From Thermoanaerobaculia bacterium (GTDB lineage: Bacteria > Acidobacteriota > Thermoanaerobaculia > Gp7-AA8), in NCBI GenBank assembly GCA_041748075.1, contig JBGTDX010000143.1, positions 49,701 through 113,700 of the forward strand: DNA of 64,000 bases, written 5' to 3'. The translations under genes and the position numbers were made by a program. A model generated the notes under the pieces. It made no database searches, was not told the origin of the DNA, and worked only from the letters and a program-made list of their open reading frames with translations. This document shows, piece by piece, positions 27,715 to 38,160 of the stretch (within the stretch, counting starts at the first letter, position 1; each line of letters begins with the position of its first letter).

Positions 27715-28607
27715 TGAATCGCACAACCCTCGCCAGGTGGTGCAGCCGGAGCACGGTACGGTTCGGGCTCGCCGCCGCCTTCCTGATCGTCCAGGGATGT
27801 ATCGCAACCAGCGTGCCCCCACAGACCGATCCCGGGATCATCACGGGTCTTGCAAGCTGGTACGGGCAGGAATTCTCCGGACGAGCGACAGCCAACGGAG
27901 AGATTTTCGATCCGATGCTACTCACTGCAGCGCACCGCGATCTGCCGTTCGGCACTTTCGTCGAGGTTCGCAACACCCGGAACAACCGGACGGTACAGGT
28001 CCGAATCAATGACCGCGGGCCATTCATCGGAAACCGGATCATCGACCTTTCCTGGGCCGCGGCCGAACAAATCGGCATGGTCGAAGCCGGAGTCATCCCC
28101 GTTGAGCTGCTGATCATCGGACAGGCCCGTTCGCCGGCCGCAGCTCCCGGTCACCGCGCTACCCGGGCTCCACTCGATGCTCCCCCTCCAGCTATCCCGT
28201 TCCCACTGCCGGACAGCTCACCCGCATTGGAAGAATCCGAGGTGGTCGTTACCGACATCGAGGTTGTCGAGGTGCGGCGCGGAGAAGAAGTCAGGAAGCG
28301 TGTAGGCGCCGACGGCATCACGATCGAAGGGGGATCTTCAACCTCGGGAGGAACCACGAGAGCTCTGCCGCGCGCAAATCCCCCTCCGTCCCGATTCGTC
28401 GTGCAACTCGGTTCGTTTCTCAATAGGGCGAACGCGGAGACGCTCCTCACAAAAGTCAGCGCCCTCCTGCGCTCCGCTTATGTCGAGCAGAGCGGTGAGC
28501 TCTACCGGGTACGCGTCGGTCCCTTCTACACGCGGGAGGCCGCGATCGAAGCACGGGAAACGCTCGAAGCCGCCGGATTCTCTGGCGTCCTGATGCCCAC
28601 CGAATGA
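27714..28607 (+). CDS. rlpA: RlpA family lytic transglycosylase lipoprotein with SPOR domain
   Basis: GLASWYG, TAAHRDLPFG, INDRGPF and IIDLS; C-terminal VQLGSF..YRVRVGP. Confidence 0.92.
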   Translation: MNRTTLARWCSRSTVRFGLAAAFLIVQGCIATSVPPQTDPGIITGLASWYGQEFSGRATANGEIFDPMLLTAAHRDLPFGTFVEVRNTRNNRTVQVRINDRGPFIGNRIIDLSWAAAEQIGMVEAGVIPVELLIIGQARSPAAAPGHRATRAPLDAPPPAIPFPLPDSSPALEESEVVVTDIEVVEVRRGEEVRKRVGADGITIEGGSSTSGGTTRALPRANPPPSRFVVQLGSFLNRANAETLLTKVSALLRSAYVEQSGELYRVRVGPFYTREAAIEARETLEAAGFSGVLMPTE

Positions 28608-28657
28608 CCGTGACCCGCGTTGGCGTGAGTCATCAGCGCACGGGATGAACCCCGGCC

Positions 28658-29074
28658 TCACACCAGCTCAGCGCCTGCGAAGAAAAAGTTGATCTCGATC
28701 TCCGCATTTTCCTGTGAATCCGACCCATGGATTGCGTTTCGCTCAATCGATTCACCGAAGTCTTTCCGGATGGTTCCGCTCTCCGCCTTCGATGGATCCG
28801 TTGCTCCCATGACGGCGCGAAGATGAGGAACCGCGTCGGCATCGCGCTCGAGAGCCACGACGAACACGGGGCCGGACGTCATGTAGGCGACCAGGTCGGG
28901 GAAAAACGGCCGCTCCCGATGTACGCCGTAAAAGGCCTCTGCCTGAGCTTTCGAAAGATGGACCTTTCGGATTCCGAGGATTCTGAACCCCTCGCCCTCG
29001 AGACGTGAGATGATTTTTCCGAAATTGCCTTTCTCGACCGAGTCAGGCTTGATGATGGTAAAAGTTCTGGTCAT
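28658..29074 (-). CDS. ndk: Nucleoside diphosphate kinase
   Basis: TFTIIKPD, GTIR and NAIHGSDS. Confidence 0.97.
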   Translation of the reverse strand: MTRTFTIIKPDSVEKGNFGKIISRLEGEGFRILGIRKVHLSKAQAEAFYGVHRERPFFPDLVAYMTSGPVFVVALERDADAVPHLRAVMGATDPSKAESGTIRKDFGESIERNAIHGSDSQENAEIEINFFFAGAELV

Positions 29075-29381
29075 GAATGTCCTTCCTGGTGGGCTGTGCT
29101 GCCCGATGGTCCTGCAGCGGCGCGGATTATACATGGGCGTGCAGTTGTCTTCCCCAGGGGCGATCGCGCCAGCGGGAGCGGAGGACCGGGCGAAATCGGT
29201 TACCGAATCGTCACATCCCGAACAGTCTCGCGCGTGGAGAATAATGGGGCGCCGTGCAGGTGCACTTTTGGGCCGTCTTTCTCGCTAATGGATGACAAGG
29301 GAGGAAGTCACCATGTTGCCCCGAGTTGACTGTGCAGTCGTCCGTTTCAGAGCTCCTATCTCATATCGCGGATGTCGCTGA

Positions 29382-30143
29382 ATGTTCGAAACTACAGTCG
29401 TCGAATCGAGAAAGCGTCCAGGACGGGCGGGCTCACTCGCCATCCTTCCGGTCTCGATCGGACTGCATGCCGCGGCTCTGACGGGCGCGATCGCGACGAC
29501 CATATGGGCAATCGATTTCCCATCGATGGCTCCCTCCCAGATCGTTCTCTACTCTCTGGCGGTGCCGCTTCCACCGATGCCACCTCCACCGCCGCCGCCA
29601 GCCGGTTCACGTCCTGTCACCGCCGAGCCGCCGAGAGTTCCCGTCCGCGCAGACGAACTGGCACCGACGATGATTCCTGATTACATCCCCGAGGTTCTTC
29701 CGGCTTCAACTGTGAGTGTTGCCGATGTGATCAACCGTGAGCCGGGTGTTTTGTACGGGATCGAGGGCGGCGTCGAGGGAGGAGTCCTCGGGGGAATCGT
29801 GGGCGGAATGGCCGGAGGAGTACTCGGAGGCGTGATCAGCGGCGATCCACCCGAAATGCTTCGCGCTGAGTACGATGTAGCGCGACCCCGGTTCGTCTCC
29901 CAGATGTTCCCCCAGTATCCTGAGGCCGCACGGTGGAGGGGAATTGACGGAATCGTCGTCGTCGATTACATCATCGGCAAAGACGGCAGAGTCAAAGACG
30001 TCATCGTGCTCCAGGAAGCGCATCCTCTCCTGACAAAGGCGGCCGTCCAGGCAGTCCTGCGCTGGAGATTCAGGCCGACCCTGGTCAACGGCGAACCTGT
30101 CGAAGTGATCCACAAGCTCTCGATCGTCTTTGCCCTGGAGTGA
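29382..30143 (+). CDS. Energy transducer TonB
   Basis: TM with SxxLH, Pro-rich linker, GGVxGG repeats, and YPEAAR..WRFRP. Confidence 0.88.
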   Translation: MFETTVVESRKRPGRAGSLAILPVSIGLHAAALTGAIATTIWAIDFPSMAPSQIVLYSLAVPLPPMPPPPPPPAGSRPVTAEPPRVPVRADELAPTMIPDYIPEVLPASTVSVADVINREPGVLYGIEGGVEGGVLGGIVGGMAGGVLGGVISGDPPEMLRAEYDVARPRFVSQMFPQYPEAARWRGIDGIVVVDYIIGKDGRVKDVIVLQEAHPLLTKAAVQAVLRWRFRPTLVNGEPVEVIHKLSIVFALE

Positions 30144-30148
30144 CGGGA

Positions 30149-30829
30149 CTAGCTGTTCGATCCTCGACGCATCACAGCAACGGGCAGATCTCCGATGATC
30201 TCCGCCTGCCGGTCAGGACCGATGGCGAGTGCGGCAACAGGAGGAATCCCGATTCCCAGCGTAACCTGCGGCAGAGACATCAGCCGCCGCAGCGATTCGT
30301 CCTCGGCAGGATTGAATCCCGTGACGATTGCTGATTCCGGAACGAGATCCAGTCCGACGAGCGCCTCACTGCTGACTCCTGCGGTGAACGCCCCCATGGC
30401 TGCCGCGCCCGCCCCGATACCGGCGACGATAGCGCCCTGGCTCAGCGCTTCCTGGATCGCTGCGAGCAGCGGAGAGTCCCGCAGGACATCGAGCAGGGTC
30501 TCAGCCACACCTCCACCGAGATAAATCATCCCGGCGGAACGAACGGCATCGATGTTCTTCCCGCGTCGCGCGTCTCTGGACCGGTAGATCGGCACGTTGA
30601 TCACGTCCACGCGCGGTTCCACGCCTTTCAGGTATGTACCGAAATGATGGCCGTACTCGCTCGATCCCGAGGCGGTCGGCAGAAACGCGACTGTAGGCCG
30701 CTCCGAGGGCATCTTCGAGACGAGGAACCGATCGATCTCCTTCGTTTCCCCGAAGGAGAACTCTCCCCCTCCGATGAGAACGAGCCATCCTTTGGTCGCG
30801 GCTCCCGGAACTCGAAGAGGTTTCATCAT
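30149..30829 (-). CDS. Peptidase S51/cyanophycinase-like protein, apparently non-catalytic
   Basis: LVLIGGGE, FLPTAS and IYLGGG present, but GIGAGA stands in place of GxSAGA. Confidence 0.7.
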   Translation of the reverse strand: MMKPLRVPGAATKGWLVLIGGGEFSFGETKEIDRFLVSKMPSERPTVAFLPTASGSSEYGHHFGTYLKGVEPRVDVINVPIYRSRDARRGKNIDAVRSAGMIYLGGGVAETLLDVLRDSPLLAAIQEALSQGAIVAGIGAGAAAMGAFTAGVSSEALVGLDLVPESAIVTGFNPAEDESLRRLMSLPQVTLGIGIPPVAALAIGPDRQAEIIGDLPVAVMRRGSNS

Positions 30830-30856
30830 GCGACAGGGTGGCCCCGCGAGGGCTCG

Positions 30857-31852
30857 CTACGAAGCCGTCCAGACCTCCGTCACCCTCGCTCCCAGGTCCG
30901 CGGGTGAGTCGACGACGTGAATTCCGGCAGCACGCAGCGCAGACATTTTCTCGGCTGCCGTGCCCGTGCCCCCGCTGATGATCGCACCGGCGTGTCCCAT
31001 GCGGCGCCCCGGTGGCGCCGTCTGTCCCGCAATGAACGCGACCACCGGCTTCCTCACGTAGGCCTTCACGTACTCGGCAGCATCTTCCTCGGCAGTGCCG
31101 CCGATCTCCCCGATCATCACGATCGCTTCAGTCTGCGGGTCGAGCTCGAAAGCGGCGAGACAGTCGATGAAGTTCGTACCAGGCAACGGATCGCCTCCGA
31201 TTCCGACTGCCGTCGACTGGCCGATGCTTAGACGCGAGAGCTGTCCTACCGCCTCGTACGTGAGCGTCCCCGAGCGTGAAACGATCCCGATCGGACCTTC
31301 GCGGTGAATGTGCCCCGGCATGATCCCGATCTTCGCTTTTCCCGGCGTAATGATCCCCGGACAGTTGGGCCCGATCAGACGCGACACTCCGGCACGAGCC
31401 AGCGCATCAGCCCCGCCGGCGGTCCAGGTCTTCGAAGGGTCTTCGCCACCACCGGCGGCAATCAGACCACGCATCGTCTCCGCATGGGCCATCAGCCTCG
31501 CCGTGTTCTGTTTGAGCATGAAGTCGTGGGCGCGCACCATGTCGTTGACGGGGATACCTTCCGTGATGCAGATGATCAGTTCGATCCCGGCATCGCACGC
31601 TTCCATGATCGCGTCCGCAGCGAAACGGGGAGGCACGAAGATCAGCGCGCAGTTCGCTCCCTCGGCGCCCCTCGCTTCCTCAACGCTTTCGAATACGGGA
31701 AACCCTTCGTGCTTGCTTCCACCCTTGCCCGGCGTCACACCGCCGATCACCCTCGTTCCATATTCTCTGCAGGCGATCGCATGGAAGGTGCCCTCGCGGC
31801 CTGTGATGCCCTGCACCACAACACGCGTGTTCTCGTCAGCCCAGATTGCCAT
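30857..31852 (-). CDS. sucD: Succinyl-CoA synthetase alpha subunit with ~40-aa insertion
   Basis: [28 protein letters not shown] and MGHAGA. Confidence 0.95.
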   Translation of the reverse strand: MAIWADENTRVVVQGITGREGTFHAIACREYGTRVIGGVTPGKGGSKHEGFPVFESVEEARGAEGANCALIFVPPRFAADAIMEACDAGIELIICITEGIPVNDMVRAHDFMLKQNTARLMAHAETMRGLIAAGGGEDPSKTWTAGGADALARAGVSRLIGPNCPGIITPGKAKIGIMPGHIHREGPIGIVSRSGTLTYEAVGQLSRLSIGQSTAVGIGGDPLPGTNFIDCLAAFELDPQTEAIVMIGEIGGTAEEDAAEYVKAYVRKPVVAFIAGQTAPPGRRMGHAGAIISGGTGTAAEKMSALRAAGIHVVDSPADLGARVTEVWTAS

Positions 31853-31898
31853 TCAATTTCTCCGAAATGTCTGCTTTATTGAACTGCGGCTATCGACT

Positions 31899-33065
31899 TC
31901 AGCTCTGCAGCCCGGCGGCCTGCACCACCTTCTCCGCCGCGTCCTTCATCCCGTCAGCCGTGATGAGATTCAAACCCGAATCGGCGAGTATCTGCTTGCC
32001 GAGCTCCACGTTCGTTCCCTCGAGACGGACCACGACCGGCACGGGCAAGCCGACCTCACGCGAAGCCTGCACCACCCCTTCGGCGATTCGGTCGCAGCGC
32101 ATGATGCCACCAAATATGTTGATCAATATTGCTTTAACATTTTTGTCACTCAATATGATACGAAATGCGTTCTTCACCTGCTCGGCGTTCGCCCCGCCTC
32201 CCACGTCGAGAAAGTTGGCCGGCTGGCCGCCTGCAAGCTTGATGATGTCCATGGTTGCCATCGCGAGGCCCGCGCCGTTCACCATACAACCCACGTTGCC
32301 GTCCAGCTTGATGTAGTTGAGTCCGAACTTGGACGCTTCGACTTCGAGGGGATCTTCTTCGAACAGATCGCGCATCTCACCGATCTCGGTGTGACGGAAG
32401 AGGGCGTTGTCATCGAAGTTCATTTTGCAGTCGAGGGCCAGTACGTGGCCCTCTTTCGTAACGAGCAAAGGATTGATTTCGGCGAGCGCCGCGTCGGTGT
32501 CGACATAAGCCCGCATCATCTTCTGAATGAAGTCGACGCCCTGTCGGAACGACTCTCCTTCCAGGCCAAGCGCCCTCGCCACCGCACGGGCCTGGAACGG
32601 CTGCGCTCCGAGAACGGGATCGATCGGCTCGCGGTGAATCGCGTCTGGATCCCTCGCCGCGACCTCTTCGATCTCCATACCTCCCTGCCGGGAGGCCATG
32701 ATCACGGGCTTGCCGAGTTTGCGATCGAGCGTGATTCCGAGATAGAGCTCGCGGTCGATGTTGAGGGCTTCTTCGATCAGTACTTTCCGAACGACCACCC
32801 CGTCGGGGCCTGTCTGGTGGGTCACCAGGGTCATTCCGAGGATCTGCCGGGTAAGGTCGACGGCCTCGTCGGGGTTGGATGCGAGTTTGATTCCGCCACC
32901 CTTTCCCCGCCCACCCGCGTGGATCTGAGCCTTGACGACGACGCGTCCTCCGAGCTCCCTGGCAGCATCGCGCGCGCCGTGCGGATCCTCGACAACGACG
33001 CCACGAGGCGTGGGCACACCATATCTTCTGAGAATCTCTTTCGCCTGATACTCGTGTACTTTCAT
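31899..33065 (-). CDS. sucC: Succinyl-CoA synthetase beta subunit
   Basis: [28 protein letters not shown] and [10 protein letters not shown]. Confidence 0.97.
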   Translation of the reverse strand: MKVHEYQAKEILRRYGVPTPRGVVVEDPHGARDAARELGGRVVVKAQIHAGGRGKGGGIKLASNPDEAVDLTRQILGMTLVTHQTGPDGVVVRKVLIEEALNIDRELYLGITLDRKLGKPVIMASRQGGMEIEEVAARDPDAIHREPIDPVLGAQPFQARAVARALGLEGESFRQGVDFIQKMMRAYVDTDAALAEINPLLVTKEGHVLALDCKMNFDDNALFRHTEIGEMRDLFEEDPLEVEASKFGLNYIKLDGNVGCMVNGAGLAMATMDIIKLAGGQPANFLDVGGGANAEQVKNAFRIILSDKNVKAILINIFGGIMRCDRIAEGVVQASREVGLPVPVVVRLEGTNVELGKQILADSGLNLITADGMKDAAEKVVQAAGLQS

Positions 33066-33103
33066 AGGGTGTGAGGTTTTATCACAAAGATGAAATGGAG
33101 CCG

Positions 33104-34288
33104 ATGAAAGAAAAAGTGCTGCCGGTGGCTGAGGGTGAACTGATCGAGGTCACTGCGATGAAGCTGGTCGCGGGCGGAGATTCGATCGCACGCGTCGCCG
33201 GATTCCCGCTATTCATCCCTGGCCTCTATCCGGGCGACCGGGCTGAGGTCGAGGTGACAGAGGTCAGGAAAGGCTTCGGACGCGCTCGCGTGAGCAGGCT
33301 GCAGGAAGCGAGCTCATGGCGGCGGGCAGAACCATGCCCGATTGCCGGCGAGTGCGGCGGATGCAGCTGGACCTCGCTGCGGCTCGACCGTCAGCTCGAA
33401 GCGAAACGCGAGATTCTGATGGACTCGCTCCAGCGCGTCGGCAAGCTCGATGTGCACGCAATTCCTCTCGTGAGACTGCACCCGTCCCCACTCAACTACC
33501 GGCTTCGAAGCCGGCTGCAGGTAAGCGCGGACGTTGATCGCTCGCTCGGCTTCTTTGCGTCACGCACGAACCGCGTCGTCCCCCTGGTGCCGGAGTGCGA
33601 AGTGGTGGGGCCCGAAGTGATCGCGCACATGGAGGACCTTCGCCGAGTTGCGGCGGACTCGGAGATCACATCGATAGAGACGTTCGAGAGTGGGAGCTCG
33701 TTTGCAGTTGCCGCGAGTCCGGGCGATGGCGTCCCTGTGTCGATACGGGTTCGCGGTTTCGACTACCACCTGTCGACCGCGGCTTTCTTTCAGGTGAACA
33801 GGCACCTGCTCGGCACAATGATCGATCTGGTCCTGTCACTTGCAGGCCGCACGAGGACACGCGGCAGCGCGCTCGATCTGTACGCCGGCGTCGGATTCTT
33901 CACCGTACCGCTCGGGTCGATCTTCGAGCAGGTCACGGGCGTGGAGTCATCAACGGTTTCATTCCGATACGGGAAAGTGAACACGAAAAGGCTGTCAAAC
34001 GTTCAGATGGTTCGTGACGATGTAGAACGGTTTCTCTCGAGCGATCCGCAGGCAGACTTCGTCATGCTGGATCCGCCGCGAGCCGGACTCGCCTCGGGCG
34101 TCGTCGAAGAACTGGCCCATCTGAATGCCTCGACGATTTGCTATCTCTCGTGCGACCCTGTAACCTTTTCTCGTGACGCTTCAAGGCTTGGGCGTCACGG
34201 CTGGATTCTCCGCACGCTCGACCTGCTGGACCTCTTCCCCAACACGCATCACATAGAAACTCTCTCCTCGTTCGTGCGTGAACGATGA
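33104..34288 (+). CDS. rlmD: TRAM-domain RNA m5U methyltransferase (RlmD/TrmA family)
   Basis: [35 protein letters not shown] and [10 protein letters not shown]. Confidence 0.85.
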   Translation: MKEKVLPVAEGELIEVTAMKLVAGGDSIARVAGFPLFIPGLYPGDRAEVEVTEVRKGFGRARVSRLQEASSWRRAEPCPIAGECGGCSWTSLRLDRQLEAKREILMDSLQRVGKLDVHAIPLVRLHPSPLNYRLRSRLQVSADVDRSLGFFASRTNRVVPLVPECEVVGPEVIAHMEDLRRVAADSEITSIETFESGSSFAVAASPGDGVPVSIRVRGFDYHLSTAAFFQVNRHLLGTMIDLVLSLAGRTRTRGSALDLYAGVGFFTVPLGSIFEQVTGVESSTVSFRYGKVNTKRLSNVQMVRDDVERFLSSDPQADFVMLDPPRAGLASGVVEELAHLNASTICYLSCDPVTFSRDASRLGRHGWILRTLDLLDLFPNTHHIETLSSFVRER

Positions 34289-36560
34289 AGCTCGCGATTC
34301 AAACATACCCGCCGCACTTCCTCTGACGCTGTTCGCAGCATGTCTGGCCGTCGCGCCATCGCTGGTCGAAGGTGAGCGCGCTGTCTTCGGCACTCTCCTT
34401 TGCGCGGTTCTCTCGCTCCTCACCAACGCACCGCGTCGCGTGTCCCTTCTGCTTCTCTGTTGTGCTCTGGGTCTGTACACCGGGATACGCCATGCCGGCA
34501 GCGTCGAGCGCAGCTCGGCGATCGCAGGTTCGCTCGCGGAAGACCGCTTCGTCCGCATTGAAGCGCCCCTTACACGTGAGTGGCGATCCACACCCAACCA
34601 GACATTCCTGCTTCGTTCGGGCTCCTTCCGGATGACGACACCGCACGCAGAGCGCTTCGACCAGCCTCTGCTCATCGTGCTCGCTACTACGCCACCGCCG
34701 TTTCACGACGAGAAGTTCATTGGTGCTGAGGGATTCCTGAGGCTCTCGGAGAACGGCCGCTACACGATGAACGTCAAATCAGCGCGACTGATCTCCTATC
34801 GGGGCGCATTGAAGTGGTGGGATCCGGCATTCTGGAATCGACGTCTGTCGCAGGAACTTTCCACCTACTCCGAATCCGACGCCAGATCCGTTGCGCTGGT
34901 GCAGGCGGTTGCACTCGGACAGAGCGAGCGATTGCCCGAGGAAGTCAGGGAAGACTACCTGCGGGGCGGCATCTACCACCTTCTGGTCTTCTCGGGAATG
35001 CAGATCGCGATCGCAGCAGCGGCAATGACGGCAGTGCTGCGGCTGGTGGGCGCAGGGGCCGTCGCGGATTGGATGCTTCTGCTGCTGTCGATCATCGCTC
35101 CCCGTTTTGCGGGCGACGAACCGTCGGTTGCCCGGGCGGCGTGGATGATCGGACTGTACGCGCTGGCACGACTGCTCGGGCGTCCCACGCCGATCGCGAA
35201 TCTGCTGTTCGTCTCCGCAATGATCCGACTGGTCGCCTTTCCCGGAGAGCTGACGCACCCCGGCTTTGCGCTGACTTACGGGGCGACGGGTGGGCTCATT
35301 CTGGTGGGCAAACCCCTCGCGGCGCTGATCGCGAATCGCCCGGGACGGGCCTTTGCCTGGAGCGCAGGCGCCGAGCTCGCAACGACGCCCCTGACCTTGC
35401 TCTTCTTCAATCACTATGTGATCGGCGGCTCGGTACTGACGATGCTGGTCGGCCCGCTGATCACCGGCATGCTCGCGGTTTCCGCCCTGGCCCTCGCGGC
35501 CGTCTGGATCCATCCGGCTGCAATTCCGCTGTTGCTCCGGATCGTCGGGAGCCTCGACCGGGTGACGTCCGTCGCCTCCGGCTACTTCGGGGTCCAGATG
35601 AATCTCTGCGGCCTCGCCGCGGCTCCCGACGCGACCCTGCTGATCGGATGCGTCTTCATGTTCCTCCTGGTGGTCTCGCTCTCAAAGCACACGCACATCG
35701 TCCTTCGAATCTCTCTGTTGATTCTTCCCGTGGTGATTTCAATCTGGGTTGCGAATCTGAAAGCGAGCGTCGAGCACCCCCGGATCGAACTGCTCGACGT
35801 AGGCCAGGGCGATGCGATCCTGCTTCGAAATGGCAACGGAGCGATACTGGTCGACGGCGGAGGGCGATTGAACGATGAACGATTCGGTCGCACCGTTCTG
35901 CTGCCGCTCTTGCTCGACCGAGGAGTCCGGAGACTGGATGCGATAGCACTCAGCCATCCCGACCTCGATCATTGCGGAGGCTTCTCAGCAGTACTCGAAC
36001 ATCTGGACGTCGGAGAGCTGTGGTTGTCACGGCGCCATCTCGGTCATCCGTGTACCGACCGGCTCGTAGAACTTGCCGATGCCCGCAATACGCTCACGAT
36101 CTTCGTCGATTCTGCCGCAGTGATTCACCGGGCGGGAATCGAATTCCGTCCGATCATTCCCCGCCTCCGGTTCAAGCGTTCTCCCACAAACAACAGCTCA
36201 GTGGTCTACCACGTGACCATGGGTGGACGAACCCTGCTTCTGACCGGAGACATCGAAAAAGACGCCGAGAAACTCCTGAGCGAGGAAGAATCTCATCGGA
36301 TCATGGCGGACGTGCTGAAAGTCGCACATCATGGCAGTCGGAGCTCGAGTACGACGCCCTTTCTCGACGCAGTACGCCCACGTCTGGCACTGATCTCCTG
36401 CGGCCGCAGGAACCGGTTCGGGCATCCCGATCCGACTGTCATCGATCGCCTGCACGAACATGTGCCGGTGGTTGCCGGCACTCATCACTCGGGTTCGATA
36501 TCACTTCAGATCGTGAGGGGCGTCATCCGCCTGTCGCGTGAAATTGACACTCCCCGGTGA
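34278..36560 (+). CDS. comEC: DNA uptake protein ComEC/Rec2
   Basis: HLLVFSGMQ competence domain; DVGQGD, SHPDLDHCGG, LTGD and KVAHHGS metallo-beta-lactamase domain. Confidence 0.92.
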   Translation: MNDEARDSNIPAALPLTLFAACLAVAPSLVEGERAVFGTLLCAVLSLLTNAPRRVSLLLLCCALGLYTGIRHAGSVERSSAIAGSLAEDRFVRIEAPLTREWRSTPNQTFLLRSGSFRMTTPHAERFDQPLLIVLATTPPPFHDEKFIGAEGFLRLSENGRYTMNVKSARLISYRGALKWWDPAFWNRRLSQELSTYSESDARSVALVQAVALGQSERLPEEVREDYLRGGIYHLLVFSGMQIAIAAAAMTAVLRLVGAGAVADWMLLLLSIIAPRFAGDEPSVARAAWMIGLYALARLLGRPTPIANLLFVSAMIRLVAFPGELTHPGFALTYGATGGLILVGKPLAALIANRPGRAFAWSAGAELATTPLTLLFFNHYVIGGSVLTMLVGPLITGMLAVSALALAAVWIHPAAIPLLLRIVGSLDRVTSVASGYFGVQMNLCGLAAAPDATLLIGCVFMFLLVVSLSKHTHIVLRISLLILPVVISIWVANLKASVEHPRIELLDVGQGDAILLRNGNGAILVDGGGRLNDERFGRTVLLPLLLDRGVRRLDAIALSHPDLDHCGGFSAVLEHLDVGELWLSRRHLGHPCTDRLVELADARNTLTIFVDSAAVIHRAGIEFRPIIPRLRFKRSPTNNSSVVYHVTMGGRTLLLTGDIEKDAEKLLSEEESHRIMADVLKVAHHGSRSSSTTPFLDAVRPRLALISCGRRNRFGHPDPTVIDRLHEHVPVVAGTHHSGSISLQIVRGVIRLSREIDTPR

Positions 36561-36573
36561 GGGAGCCTAAGAT
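36544..36573 (+). promoter_or_regulatory. Sigma70-type promoter, probably leaderless
   Basis: TTGACA-18 nt-TAAGAT, 5 nt before ATG 36579, with no SD. Confidence 0.6.
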
Positions 36574-36578
36574 CAACC

Positions 36579-36896
36579 ATGTTTCCAGGACTGATTCGAA
36601 TCGGCTTGTGGTTGGTTCTGATCGTCCTGACACTCGCTCTGCTCCGGGAAGGCCTGCTCGATCCGGCGAGCGACCTGGCCGTCGCGTCGGGACCTCTCAT
36701 TGAGAAGAGTCTGATTCTGGGTGTCGCTCTGGCCGCCGTCGGGGCTGTTCTCTGGGTGTTCCAGAAGCTCCTTGGCGCACCCCCGAAGAGCCGGTGCAGG
36801 GAGTGCCACCGACCCGTACCTAAAGGGGACCTCTACTGCCGCAGACATCTTCGTCAGATCATCTACGAAGAGAATGATCGCGAACACCGCGCCTGA
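36579..36896 (+). CDS. Small two-TM protein with C-terminal zinc ribbon
   Basis: Two hydrophobic helices followed by CRECHRPV....YCRRH. Confidence 0.7.
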   Translation: MFPGLIRIGLWLVLIVLTLALLREGLLDPASDLAVASGPLIEKSLILGVALAAVGAVLWVFQKLLGAPPKSRCRECHRPVPKGDLYCRRHLRQIIYEENDREHRA

Positions 36897-37071
36897 GTGA
36901 GGGCGTTGGGCCGTATGTCATTCCGAGCAGGTGAATGACTGACCCTCATTGTGGCGAGCATAACCACGTGTCATCGGTACGTTCCCGCGGGCAGGGTTCA
37001 TTAGAAGAGGCTGTGAAGGGCCCCCCTGGCCCGAGACGACGTCATCCAGACCCGGCAGGACTCGATTCGCT

Positions 37072-37145
37072 TCATTCGTCATTCGTCATTCGTCATTCGT
37101 CATTCGTCATTCGTCATTCGTCATTCGTCATTCGTCATTCGTCAT
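37072..37145. repeat. Perfect (TCATTCG)x10 array
   Basis: Ten exact copies ending at the putative miaA -10 box. A short inverted GAATGAC lies at ~36933. Confidence 0.97.
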
Positions 37146-37156
37146 ATCCTCTCCGC

Positions 37157-38110
37157 ATGCCCGATGAAGCCAACCGATTCCCGCTGATCGTGATCTCCGG
37201 CCCCACGGGCGTGGGGAAGTCCGAAACCGCGACAGCCGTAGCGCTCGATGTCGGTGGGGAGGTAGTCAACTACGACTCGATCCAGATCTACCAGGGGTTC
37301 GATATCGGGAGCGCGAAGCCATCGGCGGCACAGCGACTCGCCGTTCCTCATCACCTGTTCGATATCGCGGAGGCGGACGAACCCTTCCATGCCGCAGCGT
37401 TTGCCGAAACGGCAAGGTCTGCCTGCGCGAGGATTCAGGCTGAGGGGCACATACCCGTGCTGACGGGCGGAACCGGTTTTTACCTTCGTGCGCTTCTTGC
37501 CGGCCTTCCAGAGATGCCGCCGGCTGACGCAGGCATCCGGCAGCGGCTTCGAGCCATCACGGGTTCTCCCGGCGGAAGTGCGCGCCTTCATCGATGGCTG
37601 ATGAGAATTGATCCGGGGAGCGGCCGGAAGATTGCACCGGCCGACCGCCACCGGGTCGAACGTGCTCTCGAGGTGTATCTCGTCAGCGGCCTTCCCATCT
37701 CGTCCTGGAGGGCACCGACCGCCCTGACGGACGAATCGATCCGCGCCTGCAAATTCGCTTTATCCCTCGATCGGGAGCGGCTCGTGGAGCGGATTGAATC
37801 CCGCGTCGACGCGATGTTCGAAGGAGGTCTGATCGAAGAAACGGACCGTCTGCTGGTGAAGTATCCTCCGCACTGCAGGCCCTTCGGGGCCATCGGGTAC
37901 CGGGAAGCTTCGCGATTTCTTGCCGGGGAAATATCCCGCGAGCAGGCGGCTGCGGAGACAAAACGGAGAACCCGCGCCTACGCGAAACGTCAAATGACGT
38001 GGTTGCGGAGCGAGCGGGGGATTCACTGGGTCGACGCCGGAATGGGCCCGCTCCCTGCAGCACGTGAAATCTCCCGGCTCTGGCGCGAGCATTGCCATAG
38101 CGAAGGATGA
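37157..38110 (+). CDS. miaA: tRNA dimethylallyltransferase
   Basis: GPTGVGKS, DSIQIYQGFDIGSAKP, GGTGFY and YAKRQMTW. Confidence 0.95.
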   Translation: MPDEANRFPLIVISGPTGVGKSETATAVALDVGGEVVNYDSIQIYQGFDIGSAKPSAAQRLAVPHHLFDIAEADEPFHAAAFAETARSACARIQAEGHIPVLTGGTGFYLRALLAGLPEMPPADAGIRQRLRAITGSPGGSARLHRWLMRIDPGSGRKIAPADRHRVERALEVYLVSGLPISSWRAPTALTDESIRACKFALSLDRERLVERIESRVDAMFEGGLIEETDRLLVKYPPHCRPFGAIGYREASRFLAGEISREQAAAETKRRTRAYAKRQMTWLRSERGIHWVDAGMGPLPAAREISRLWREHCHSEG

Positions 38111-38160
38111 GCCACGTCATAAGAGGAGAGAAGCAGTCCGGACTCCGGACCCGATCCACC

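Noticed and set aside
32125-32160. dif-like site in the AT-rich sucC patch
   Set aside because: Only a partial XerD-arm match (ATGTTAAA); the XerC arm does not fit.
31308-33074. 588-aa + strand ORF spanning sucD and sucC
   Set aside because: Antisense shadow of conserved genes; no coherent domain.
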